DNA from: an uncultured Pelagibacteraceae bacterium
GTDB taxonomy: Bacteria > Pseudomonadota > Alphaproteobacteria > Pelagibacterales > Pelagibacteraceae
Length of the DNA stretch: 64,000 nucleotides
NCBI GenBank assembly: GCA_902514745.1
Contig: CABXRX010000001.1
Span: forward strand, 9,130-73,129
Direction of reading: 5' to 3'
Shown: positions 30,167 to 39,353 of the stretch, piece after piece
Layout: each line of letters starts with the position of its first letter
Position numbering within the stretch: the stretch's first letter is position 1
Program-made: the position numbers and the translations under genes
The notes under the pieces: generated by a model
Seen by the model: the letters and a program-made list of their open reading frames with translations, nothing else
The model's database searches: none
What the model was told of the DNA's origin: nothing

Positions 30167-30443
30167 ATTTGATTATTGAATTTTTAAGACTCAACTTAAA
30201 TTATATTATCCTTATAATCAAAAATGAAAAAAACTTTTTTTTAACAAATTTAAGACTTAATAAAAACGTTATTAATTGGGATTGTAACTATATGCATTGG
30301 ATTTCAATCCTTTTCTATCGTTTTTCGCGTTTTTTATTATCTCCCTTGTTGCGTAATTCGATACAAAAAAAAAGGGTTGAAACCATTTCAAATTATAAAC
30401 TTTTAACACTAAAAAAATCAACTAACCATAGGAGTCCAAATAC

Positions 30444-30629
30444 ATGGAAATAAACCGTGTTTGTAAATACTGTCATGTCAGTGCTTACGTAGCATATGAT
30501 AATTGTAATCCAGTTTATAAAAAAACATTCAAATTTGAAATTAGACCGGGTGAACACAATAGCTTAGTCTGGGATAAGATTATTAATATTTTTCAGAAAA
30601 ATGGTTATAAAGTGGAGCTCAAATCGTGA
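30444..30629 (+). CDS. Small hypothetical protein (CKYCH)
   Basis: AGGAG RBS upstream; GTGA overlap with the next ORF. Confidence 0.55.
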   Translation: MEINRVCKYCHVSAYVAYDNCNPVYKKTFKFEIRPGEHNSLVWDKIINIFQKNGYKVELKS

Positions 30630-31189
30630 AAAGACTTTTGGTATTTATTTTACTACATTTATCTCTTTTTTTTATTGTTTTTGCTTATCAGGCCCAAGCC
30701 GAAGAAGAAGAGTGGAAAATAGATAGGTTCAAAAACCTAATATATGCAAGAGTGTATGGTGAAATAATTCATGGAGATACTTTAAATTTTTTTATTCGTT
30801 CCAGTGATAATTGTGAAAAAGTTTGGCATAATTTTACATTTTATACTTACGAACAACCCGGAGATATCAATCAATTGTTGCACAAACATATTCCAATTAA
30901 AATTAACGAAGAAGAAGTAACCGCATATGTAGATTATATACAGCCGTTTTTATTAGGTTATAGAGTGCTATTATCTTTAGGGTCTTATCCAATAAAAGAA
31001 TATATCTATGAATTAAATAATTTTTATATTGAGGAAGAAAGATTTGAAGTTCAAATTATTGATGGCATAGATTTTAAAGTTAGTAAATACTTTGACATAT
31101 CTATAAATCGCTGGAAGCTTGATAAACTTGTTCCATCTATTCTTGAAGCACACAAAAGATGTAAAGAAATTAGCGACTTAGATAGTTAG
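30626..31189 (+). CDS. Secreted hypothetical protein
   Basis: Signal peptide ending AQA; 187 aa. Confidence 0.7.
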   Translation: MKRLLVFILLHLSLFFIVFAYQAQAEEEEWKIDRFKNLIYARVYGEIIHGDTLNFFIRSSDNCEKVWHNFTFYTYEQPGDINQLLHKHIPIKINEEEVTAYVDYIQPFLLGYRVLLSLGSYPIKEYIYELNNFYIEEERFEVQIIDGIDFKVSKYFDISINRWKLDKLVPSILEAHKRCKEISDLDS

Positions 31190-31225
31190 TGATTTATCTA
31201 AATTTGCTATAGTCTGTGATATAGT
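31190..31225. repeat. 36-bp direct repeat, right copy
   Basis: TGATTTATCTAAATTTGCTATAGTCTGTGATATAGT; matches 21062-21097. Confidence 0.9.
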
Positions 31226-31290
31226 TTTTTGCATAAATTTATGACTCTATAAGCGAATTGTTATCATTAAAATTTTAATTATACGCATAA

Positions 31291-31330
31291 CTAGTGTGAA
31301 GTAGTGTGAGGTCGTGTGAGGTAGGGTGTA
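31291..31330. repeat. Four tandem imperfect 10-mers
   Basis: CTAGTGTGAA GTAGTGTGAG GTCGTGTGAG GTAGGGTGTA. Confidence 0.8.
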
Positions 31331-31335
31331 CCACT

Positions 31336-31402
31336 AGCACCCCAAATAATCGCCAGCTTCCTGTATGATTTTCCACAGTTTACTTGCGTTTTCTTTATTC
31401 AT
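31336..31402 (-). pseudogene. Displaced 5' fragment of the 20821..21048 gene (right copy of the 63-bp repeat)
   Basis: Translates MNKENASKLWKIIQEAGDYL followed by GC and a stop. Confidence 0.85.
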
Positions 31403-31516
31403 ACCATCTCATTTCTCTTTTTTTCTCTTTTGTTTCAAGTAATCCTATAAAATCCTATAATTATAAATATATTTATCAACACTTTATCAAATTTATAATT
31501 AATTAAATTTTAAATT

Positions 31517-33256
31517 ATGAAATTAAAAATTAATACACAATTAATATTAGATTTTAGCATAAGTGCATTTTTTGTTCTTTTTAGTATGACAATAATGAAA
31601 TTTATTATTCCATTGGGATTTACTAGTAAGTTTATATTATTAGGCTCTAAGTTAATTGGCATAATATTTATTATATTACTAATCATATTTTTTATTTCTT
31701 GGTATTTTAATAAAAATTTTAAATTCAAAAAAAAAGTTAATTTACCTGAGTTAAAAGATACTATTCTTATAATATTACCATTATCACCTGTAATTGATTA
31801 TGCATTCATAAATAATGAGTATTTAAACTTAAATGGATATTTTTATCTAATAGGAATAACGTTAATTTTTATATTATTTTTTACTTTTATTTTGCCTATA
31901 TTATTCAGTTATTTTGCTTCTTTAGAAATGCTTATGTTTGCAGGATTGGCTTTATCATTTGTAATTTTAAATATGGCTAAAATTTCTAGTAACCACAATC
32001 CTGGTGATAGTTTTTTAAATAGTTACTTTTTATCTCAAGGAGCATATTTAATTATTTTGTTTGGAGTATTATATTTACTTTATATTCTAAGAAAAGGAAT
32101 AGCCTATATATCTCTAATTCTTTTTGTAATTTCTGGTATTATATTAAATTCTCTCAATTATTCTTTTAATAATTCAACAAAGATTCAAGAAAAAAAATCA
32201 GATCGACTTATTACTTTTTTAAATAATAAAAATAATAAAATAATTAAAAAAAAAAATATTTATGTACTTGTGTACGAGTCTTATGCTAACTTAGAAACTC
32301 TTCACCACTATGGATTTGATAATACCGAACAAATCAATTTCTTAAAAAAAAATGGTTTTGAGATTTATCATGGAATATATTCTAATAGTGCTTTATCAGT
32401 AGGTACTACATCTAGGATACTTGAAATTGATGGCAAAATATCCCGAGATGGAAGAAATCATACCTCTGGTAATGCTTTCGGTCTCGAAATTTTTAAAGCA
32501 AATGGTTATAAAACATCATCAATCTTTAAAAATTCATATTTTTTTCGTTCAACATCAATAGGATGGGATGAATATTATCCAAAAGAAGATGTTACAAAAT
32601 TGGGTGGCAAAACATTAACAAAAGCTATTTTTGAAGGTCAATTTAGATTTAATATTTTTGACGATAATATTGATTATAAAAATTATCTTAATTTAAAAAA
32701 AAATTATTTAAATTCAGCAAAAAAAAATACCTTTTTTTGGACTCAAAATGCTTATCCTGGTCATTCAACGAACTCAGGAAAATGCCGTATAAATGAAAAT
32801 AAAAAATATTTCGAAGGAATGAAAAAAGCAAATATAGAAATGAAAGAAGATGTTTTAAATATTATAAATAATGACAAAAACTCTATAATTGTACTTTTAG
32901 GTGATCATGGACCTCATTTAACTAAGAATTGTAGTATACTAAAAGATTACGAAATTAACGAAATTGACAGATTTGATGTACAAGACAGGTATGGCACATT
33001 TTTAAGTATTTATTGGCCAGAGGATATTACAAATATAAATCAAAATATTGTAATAACACAAGATATTTTACCAGCAATATTATCTAATATTACTAATAAC
33101 AGAAATTTATTTAACGAGTTAAAAGTCGAAAGAAAATTATTTGACAGATTTAAGAGTAATGTTGGTGGAGTAAATGTGTATAATGGCATTATTCAAGGTG
33201 GTAAGGATGATGGAAAGCCACTATTTGAAAAAAGATCTTATAATTTAATGAATTAG
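31517..33256 (+). CDS. Membrane protein with sulfatase/LTA-synthase-like (alkaline phosphatase superfamily) domain
   Basis: Multiple N-terminal TM helices, then NIYVLVYESY and IIVLLGDHG motifs. Confidence 0.75.
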   Translation: MKLKINTQLILDFSISAFFVLFSMTIMKFIIPLGFTSKFILLGSKLIGIIFIILLIIFFISWYFNKNFKFKKKVNLPELKDTILIILPLSPVIDYAFINNEYLNLNGYFYLIGITLIFILFFTFILPILFSYFASLEMLMFAGLALSFVILNMAKISSNHNPGDSFLNSYFLSQGAYLIILFGVLYLLYILRKGIAYISLILFVISGIILNSLNYSFNNSTKIQEKKSDRLITFLNNKNNKIIKKKNIYVLVYESYANLETLHHYGFDNTEQINFLKKNGFEIYHGIYSNSALSVGTTSRILEIDGKISRDGRNHTSGNAFGLEIFKANGYKTSSIFKNSYFFRSTSIGWDEYYPKEDVTKLGGKTLTKAIFEGQFRFNIFDDNIDYKNYLNLKKNYLNSAKKNTFFWTQNAYPGHSTNSGKCRINENKKYFEGMKKANIEMKEDVLNIINNDKNSIIVLLGDHGPHLTKNCSILKDYEINEIDRFDVQDRYGTFLSIYWPEDITNINQNIVITQDILPAILSNITNNRNLFNELKVERKLFDRFKSNVGGVNVYNGIIQGGKDDGKPLFEKRSYNLMN

Positions 33257-33399
33257 TTACATCGTTTTTGATTATAATATTTTATTATATTTTTTTTTAA
33301 ATATTTTTAACACTTTAATGATAAATTAATTTGGTTATTTTTATATCTTGTACCAAGAATAAATAAGTTTTTTGTTTATATAGGTAAGATTATTTTTAT

Positions 33400-33600
33400 T
33401 TAAAAGTCTTTGTTTTTTTTCTTTTTTTTAAATAAAACTTTTAGCTTATGCCAATAAATTTTTATTGTTACTCCACCAGCAGCAATGGCACCTATAATTG
33501 CTTGAAGTATAATACTACCTGAGCCAGGATCTAAATAAGCATGTGCTTTTGTATTAAAGATTAGAATACTTAAAGATAAAAAAATAAATTTAAAACTCAT
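33400..33600 (-). CDS. Small membrane protein with AHAYLDPGSGS motif
   Basis: Signal peptide (AHA), YLDPGSGS, TM helix and basic tail. Confidence 0.8.
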   Translation of the reverse strand: MSFKFIFLSLSILIFNTKAHAYLDPGSGSIILQAIIGAIAAGGVTIKIYWHKLKVLFKKKKKNKDF

Positions 33601-33734
33601 CTAATCACATTACATAATTTAGTTTAAATTAAAAGCAACATTATAAATTACATTTATCAAATGTTTGATCCAAACATCTCTAATTTGTACTGATCTAAAA
33701 AAATTTCAATTCTTATCTAAATTTAGAATGAAAA

Positions 33735-34829
33735 TTACATTGATCCTAAGCAGTCTTTATAAGCCTGTACAATTAAGGTATATCCAGCTTTGTTGAAATG
33801 TTTCCAGTCTCGGGGGCCATGAACTGCAATACCATTATTGGTATATTTCAAAATATTTGGTGTAGTATTGCAAACATACCATCCTGCAGTTTGAGCTTCA
33901 CTTTTTATTAAATCAAGGATTAAATCATGTCTATTAGAGTTAAACTCTTTATCTGTAGTAAAATATTCACTATCATCACTATAACTTTTAACTCGGATCT
34001 CCCCTTCAAATAAATAAGAGCTAACGACAGAAGGTAAGTACAAGATTGTGAAGCTTTCTGCCTCTGGCAGAACCCTTTTAATATTTTCTAGAGCTAAGAA
34101 CAAGATTGATAAACTCTTGTCGAGTTCAATGCTTGATAATTCTGTAGCTGCTGATTGAGGGTAACGGTCAAGTTGTATACCACTTGTTGTTACAGGGTAT
34201 AGCATCGGTTTGTTAGATGCACTTTTAATAGTTGTATTCATTAAGCGTCGGTATAAAATTTTAGCAACACGTATATTTTCTCTATATGCAAAATCATATA
34301 TAGGAAAAAAAAAACGCAAATTATATTTTAGTTTATTTACGTCACTGTTTATCTCAACAAGGTTATTATTAAGATCGTTTCCTTCATAGAAAACTAGAGT
34401 TACATCATATTTGTCTATCACTGAAGTGTCTAGCTTAGTGTAGGTTGATAATAATGAATAGCATTGTTCAAATTCTACGGATGTGCCAATATTTCCATAA
34501 CCACTCCTCCCAAATATAAGCTCGCTAGTTGAAATGTTCTGTAGCTTATTAAATATTCCATATTCATTGTCGCCATCTAAAAACTCATCTCCCATTCCTT
34601 CACTGTGACTATCTCCAAAAACAAAGTTTGTCTTTTCAAGACTTTCTTGATCATGATGAAATAAAGTTCGATAACAAGGTGAAATTGATCGAGTAACTTG
34701 TGAGGGAAGAATTTTTATCAATATTGGAGAATAATAGACAAAAAAGAAATTCACTAGTGTTAGAAGAAACACACTAATTAAAGAAATTATTAGAAAATCG
34801 TAAATAATTCTTTTGTTAATCCAACTCAT
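33735..34829 (-). CDS. SGNH/GDSL-like hydrolase/acyltransferase, membrane anchored
   Basis: FGDS, GYG, YEGND and DWKHFN blocks; likely ATG at 34829 overlapping the carbamoyltransferase stop. Confidence 0.7.
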   Translation of the reverse strand: MSWINKRIIYDFLIISLISVFLLTLVNFFFVYYSPILIKILPSQVTRSISPCYRTLFHHDQESLEKTNFVFGDSHSEGMGDEFLDGDNEYGIFNKLQNISTSELIFGRSGYGNIGTSVEFEQCYSLLSTYTKLDTSVIDKYDVTLVFYEGNDLNNNLVEINSDVNKLKYNLRFFFPIYDFAYRENIRVAKILYRRLMNTTIKSASNKPMLYPVTTSGIQLDRYPQSAATELSSIELDKSLSILFLALENIKRVLPEAESFTILYLPSVVSSYLFEGEIRVKSYSDDSEYFTTDKEFNSNRHDLILDLIKSEAQTAGWYVCNTTPNILKYTNNGIAVHGPRDWKHFNKAGYTLIVQAYKDCLGSM

Positions 34830-36654
34830 AGCGTTCCTTATAATTTTCTTTAAGTTCTTTGTTTTGTTCGTGTTTATAAAGGATGAAATTTCCAATAGCT
34901 AACATATCTATCTCTGTTCCCATGAAGCATTTAAAGGCATCAGTTGGTGAACAAATTATTGGTTCACCACGAACATTAAAAGATGTATTTACAACGATTG
35001 GGCAATCAGTTTTATCTTTAAACTTAGATATAACAGCGTGGTAACGAGGGTTAGTATCTGCATGCACTGTTTGTATACGTGCTGAATAATCTACATGAGT
35101 AATTGCTGGCACAGAAGAGCGAGGAACATTTAGCTTATCGATACCAAACAGTGCATCTTCTTCACTAGTCATAGAGCGACGTTTATCTTTTATTATGTTT
35201 GCTACAAACAGCATATAAGGACTATCCGTATTATGTTCAAACCACTGACTTACATCTTCCCTTAATACACTTGGAGCAAAGGGTCGAAAACTTTCACGGT
35301 ATTTTACTTTTAGGTTAAGTCGCTTCTGCATGAATGGCGAACGAGGATCAGCAATAATGCTTCGCCCACCTAAAGCTCTTGGACCAAATTCCATACGCCC
35401 TTGCATCCAACCAATAGCTTTTTCATCAACTAAAGCTGTAGCAACTTCCTCTATGAGTTCGTTAAGTGAAAGTTTTTTAAATACTGCTCCACAAGCAGCC
35501 AGTTCTGACTCAATTTCAGTATCCTTGTATTCAGGACCTAAGTAGGCACCTTTCATATTATCGCGTTGTTTGGATATAATTCGTTCTTTATTGTGGTGTA
35601 GATACCAAGTTGATAGAGCAGCACCAAGTGCGCCACCAGCATCACCAGCAGCTGGTTGGATCCATATTTTGTCAAAGATTTTTTCACGCAACAAAAGACC
35701 ATTTCCAACGCAGTTTAATGCTACGCCACCAGCGAGACATAGATTACGTTCACCTGTTTCTTTAGCTATACCCCTCGCAAGCTCAAGGACTATATCTTCT
35801 GTGACTTTCTGAACCGAGGCAGCTAAATCCATCTCACGCTGAGTAAGTTCAGTTTCTGACACACGAGGTCTGCCACCAAATAATGCATCAAACTTTTTAT
35901 TTGTCATTGTTAAGCCAGTTGCAAAATCGAAATAACTCATGTCTAGCATGAAGCTGCCATCCTTGCTTACTGTAATGAGTTTTTCTCTTATTAAATCTGC
36001 ATATCGTGGCTTTCCATATGGAGCTAAGCCCATAATTTTGTATTCACCAGAATTGACTTTGAACCCTATGTAATAAGTAAAGGCAGAGTATAGTAGTCCA
36101 AGTGAATGAGGAAAGTGGATTTCTTTTACAACCTTTAAGTCTCGCCCATTACCAATAGCAAACGATGTTGTTGTCCATTCACCAACGCCATCAAGTGTAA
36201 GTACCGCAGCACTCTCAAAAGGTGATGGGTAATATGCGCTAGCTGCGTGTGATAAATGATGTTCGGAAAACAATAATCGCTCTCGCCAATTAATATTCTC
36301 ATCAAGTGTTGACTTAAGTTCTTTGATGAGAACTGTTTTCTGAAAGAGTTTGTCTTTTATCCAAATTGGTATTGCTTTAGTGAAGCTCGTAAATCCCTTA
36401 GGTGCAAATGCAAGATATGTTTCAAGCAGCCTTTCAAATTTCATAAAGGGCTTCTCGTAAAATACAACATTATCTATTTGGCTTGCAGATATATCAGCCT
36501 CTTTCAAACAGTACAGAATTGCATGATGTGGAAATCCATAATCATACTTCTTTCTAGTAAAGCGTTCTTCTTGAGCAGCAGCAATAATTTCACCATTCTT
36601 AATTAAGCAAGCTGCGCTATCATGGTAAAAAGCAGAAATTCCCATAATATACAT
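34816..36654 (-). CDS. O-carbamoyltransferase (NodU/CmcH/SxtI family)
   Basis: HDSAA, EERFTRKK, EHHLSHAASA, GGVALN, EFGPRALG and NTSFN motifs. Confidence 0.95.
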   Translation of the reverse strand: MYIMGISAFYHDSAACLIKNGEIIAAAQEERFTRKKYDYGFPHHAILYCLKEADISASQIDNVVFYEKPFMKFERLLETYLAFAPKGFTSFTKAIPIWIKDKLFQKTVLIKELKSTLDENINWRERLLFSEHHLSHAASAYYPSPFESAAVLTLDGVGEWTTTSFAIGNGRDLKVVKEIHFPHSLGLLYSAFTYYIGFKVNSGEYKIMGLAPYGKPRYADLIREKLITVSKDGSFMLDMSYFDFATGLTMTNKKFDALFGGRPRVSETELTQREMDLAASVQKVTEDIVLELARGIAKETGERNLCLAGGVALNCVGNGLLLREKIFDKIWIQPAAGDAGGALGAALSTWYLHHNKERIISKQRDNMKGAYLGPEYKDTEIESELAACGAVFKKLSLNELIEEVATALVDEKAIGWMQGRMEFGPRALGGRSIIADPRSPFMQKRLNLKVKYRESFRPFAPSVLREDVSQWFEHNTDSPYMLFVANIIKDKRRSMTSEEDALFGIDKLNVPRSSVPAITHVDYSARIQTVHADTNPRYHAVISKFKDKTDCPIVVNTSFNVRGEPIICSPTDAFKCFMGTEIDMLAIGNFILYKHEQNKELKENYKERYELD

Positions 36655-36664
36655 TTCATCAATC

Positions 36665-36814
36665 CTAGAATAGTGTGTAGATAAAGGGAGCTATAACAGA
36701 ACCTTGTGCAAGTATTAATAAGCCACCAAGTATTAATAATACAATAATAATAGGCGCTAACCATAATTTTTTTCTAACACGAAGAAATTCCCAAAGTTCT
36801 TTTACCAGCCCCAT
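36665..36814 (-). CDS. DUF5989/SxtK-like small membrane protein, 49 aa (below ORF-track cutoff)
   Basis: MGLVKELWEFLRVRKKLWLAPIIIVLLILGGLLILAQGSVIAPFIYTLF. Confidence 0.88.
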   Translation of the reverse strand: MGLVKELWEFLRVRKKLWLAPIIIVLLILGGLLILAQGSVIAPFIYTLF

Positions 36815-36826
36815 AATTTTTACAGA

Positions 36827-37225
36827 CTAAAATTGTTTCTTAAAGGAGTCAAATCTATTTAAAGTTTTACGATTAATCCAATAAGTTTTCTTTTTTTTTA
36901 AACGTAAACGTAACTCATCACGTCCAGAAAGACGCATAAGAATTGCGATAGGTGTAAAAATCCCAAAGAAAATTATTCCCATTATAATTGGATTAACAAT
37001 TATTCCTAATAAAATTCCAAATTTTATCCATAGTTTATTCAAAGGGAATAAAACATCAGCATTTATGATCGTAATCATCAAGAAAATTCCAGATATTGTA
37101 CAAAGTATATAAATCATGACTTTGTTGTCTAAGTAGTATGAATAGGAAGACGCTAATAGAAAAATTACAGTAAAGAATAATCCAAATTTACGATTTGAGG
37201 GTAGTTTATCTTTAGAAAATTTCAT
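36827..37225 (-). CDS. SxtJ family membrane protein
   Basis: SNRKFG, PLNKLWIKFGILLG, FTPIA and C-terminal KQF motifs. Confidence 0.88.
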   Translation of the reverse strand: MKFSKDKLPSNRKFGLFFTVIFLLASSYSYYLDNKVMIYILCTISGIFLMITIINADVLFPLNKLWIKFGILLGIIVNPIIMGIIFFGIFTPIAILMRLSGRDELRLRLKKKKTYWINRKTLNRFDSFKKQF

Positions 37226-37332
37226 TTAAATTTTATTTTTTTTAGCAAATGAACATTTAAATATCCTAGTAGTAAAGCTTATCTTTTTACAAATATGTAT
37301 TAGCATTTAATTGGTTACTATATTTATTTTAT

Positions 37333-37818
37333 TTAATCTCTAAAATTTATAAATTCGATAGGCAAACCTATATCAATTGTTTTGATTACAGCTATTGCTT
37401 CTTGTAAGTCATCTCTTTTTTTTCCATCAACTCTTAATTCTTCTCCTTGAATTTTGATCTGGATTTTTAGTTTAAGTTTTTTTATATCTCCAATAATTTT
37501 TTTTGCATTTTCTTGGCTTATTCCTTCTTTTAATTCACTTACTTGTCGAATTGTTCCACCAGACGCACCTTCAGAATTTTTAACAATCAAAACACGCGGA
37601 TCTACTTTTCTTCTTATAAGATGAGTTTCTAATAGTTCATTCACTTGTTTAAGTTTTAATTCATCTGAAGCAAGCGTAGTGATAGTTTTATCTTTTCGTT
37701 CGATCGAGATATTAAGTCCTTTAAAATCATATCTGTTACTTATTTCTCTCAAACAATTAGCTAGAGCATTATCGAATTCTTGGTAGTTGACTTTACTGAT
37801 TATATCAAAAGAAGGCAT
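37333..37818 (-). CDS. yajQ: YajQ family nucleotide-binding protein
   Basis: MPSFDIIS, RYDFKG, GKKRDDLQ and FINFRD motifs. Confidence 0.95.
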   Translation of the reverse strand: MPSFDIISKVNYQEFDNALANCLREISNRYDFKGLNISIERKDKTITTLASDELKLKQVNELLETHLIRRKVDPRVLIVKNSEGASGGTIRQVSELKEGISQENAKKIIGDIKKLKLKIQIKIQGEELRVDGKKRDDLQEAIAVIKTIDIGLPIEFINFRD

Positions 37819-37884
37819 AATTTTTTTATATATTAATATGATAATACATTTTTTATTAAATTAAATTAAATATAGAATAATTAT

Positions 37885-38910
37885 TTGAAAATGAAAAAAA
37901 TTAAAATTCATATAAGAAACAACCATTGGAAAGAGGGTTTTTTACCTTGTGATATAGAAGGTGAAAAACATAGCACTATCACTAAAGATGAATTTGAAAG
38001 AGTACTTAGTCAATATCCAGAAATCAAAAATAAAATTGAATATCTAGTTGATTGGGATGAAGATAATTATGTCTCTTCAATGAAAGAAACAGATATTTTA
38101 TTAGGTTGGCAATTTCCAACAAATAATATTAGAGAAATCGCACCAAAACTTAAATGGATCCATGTTAGCTCAGCTGGTGTAAATCATTTATCTCCGTTTG
38201 ATTGGATGAAAGATGATTTAATTTTAACTAATAGTAGTGGAGTACATTCTAAAAAAGCGGGAGAATTTGGTTTAATGAGTATCTTAATGCTTCAAAACCA
38301 AATGACAAAAATAATCACTAATCAAAAAAATAAAGAATTTGTTACTTTGCTTAGTAAGCCAATAGAAGGTTTCAAAGTTGTGGTAGTTGGAACAGGTTCT
38401 CTTGGAGGTTCGATGATAAAACATATTAACAAGCTTGGAGCTAAAGTTATTGGTGTAAATCGAAAAGGAAATAATGTTGAGGGTTGTTTTAAAGTAATTA
38501 CTTTTGATAAAATAGATGAAGTATTACATATCGCTGATTTTTTATATCTTGCTGTCCCTGAAACAGAGGAAACCAAAGGATTAATAAATAAAGAAAGATT
38601 GGATAGTCTAAAACCTACGTGTGGAATTGTTAATATTGGAAGGCAATCTGTTTTAGATTATGAAGCTTTAAGAATTAAACTAGAAAAGAATGAATTAGCT
38701 GGTGCTATTTTAGATGTTTTTTCGCATGAACCTATTCCAAAAAACTCTACCTTTTGGAACACACCAAATTTAATTATTACACCCCATATTTCATCAGATA
38801 GCCAAGGCAACTATATTGAGATGGTATTAAAAATATTTTTTAAAAACCTTAAACTCTTTATAGAAAATAAAGAGCTAATTAATCAAATTGACCGAAAATT
38901 AGGTTATTAG
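37885..38910 (+). CDS. D-2-hydroxyacid dehydrogenase family
   Basis: GTGSLG, VNIGR, LDVF-EP and ITPH motifs. Confidence 0.9.
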   Translation: MKMKKIKIHIRNNHWKEGFLPCDIEGEKHSTITKDEFERVLSQYPEIKNKIEYLVDWDEDNYVSSMKETDILLGWQFPTNNIREIAPKLKWIHVSSAGVNHLSPFDWMKDDLILTNSSGVHSKKAGEFGLMSILMLQNQMTKIITNQKNKEFVTLLSKPIEGFKVVVVGTGSLGGSMIKHINKLGAKVIGVNRKGNNVEGCFKVITFDKIDEVLHIADFLYLAVPETEETKGLINKERLDSLKPTCGIVNIGRQSVLDYEALRIKLEKNELAGAILDVFSHEPIPKNSTFWNTPNLIITPHISSDSQGNYIEMVLKIFFKNLKLFIENKELINQIDRKLGY

Positions 38911-38973
38911 AATTGAATATAGAGACAATTTGTTTGATTACATTATCAATTTACAAATATAAATTTTGTCTAT

Positions 38974-39342
38974 ATGAAAAAAATATTAATTCTTATTACT
39001 CTATTATTTAGCTTTAGTGCGACTGCAATAAGTAAAGAAACTACTTTTACTAATGAGATATTTGAAAAATCTCAATTAGATGGAAAAACTGTTGTAATTC
39101 ATTCATGGAATAAGACTTGCTCGACTTGTGCTAAACAAGTGAAAATATTAGATAAAGCAAAACAAGATTTTAAAGATGTTATTTTTTTGAGTTTTGAACA
39201 AACTAAAGATAGAGATATTGCCAAATTTTTAAGCATTGATTACTGGACTACAATTGTCATTTATAGAAACAATAAGGAAATTTCTCGTTCAATTGGCCAA
39301 ACAAATAAAGAAAAGATTTATTCTCAAATAAATTCATTATAA
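38974..39342 (+). CDS. Exported thioredoxin-family protein
   Basis: Signal peptide followed by a CSTC motif. Confidence 0.75.
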   Translation: MKKILILITLLFSFSATAISKETTFTNEIFEKSQLDGKTVVIHSWNKTCSTCAKQVKILDKAKQDFKDVIFLSFEQTKDRDIAKFLSIDYWTTIVIYRNNKEISRSIGQTNKEKIYSQINSL

Positions 39343-39353
39343 CAATTTTAATA

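Larger units (their letters stand above)
20988..31404. mobile_element. Genomic island/insertion (~10.4 kb) with no recognisable integrase
   Basis: Bounded by a 63-bp direct repeat (58/63 identical); accessory cargo of ECF sigma, CHAT protease and NurA-HerA. Confidence 0.75.

Noticed and set aside
30169-30453. 94-aa ORF in the island
   Set aside because: TTG start, no RBS, AT-rich low-complexity translation; more likely the promoter region for 30444.
31226-31250. dif-like site around GCATAAATTTATG
   Set aside because: No convincing XerD arm (TTATGTTAAAT-like) at the right spacing.
31291-31330. CRISPR array
   Set aside because: 10-bp units with no spacers.
31441-31460. AATCCTATAA tandem duplication
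   Set aside because: Only two AT-rich copies; could be chance or slippage.
34816-37225. Saxitoxin biosynthesis (also considering the amidinotransferase at 18662 as sxtG)
   Set aside because: No sxtA or other core sxt genes; the amidinotransferase is about 15 kb away in a creatinase operon.
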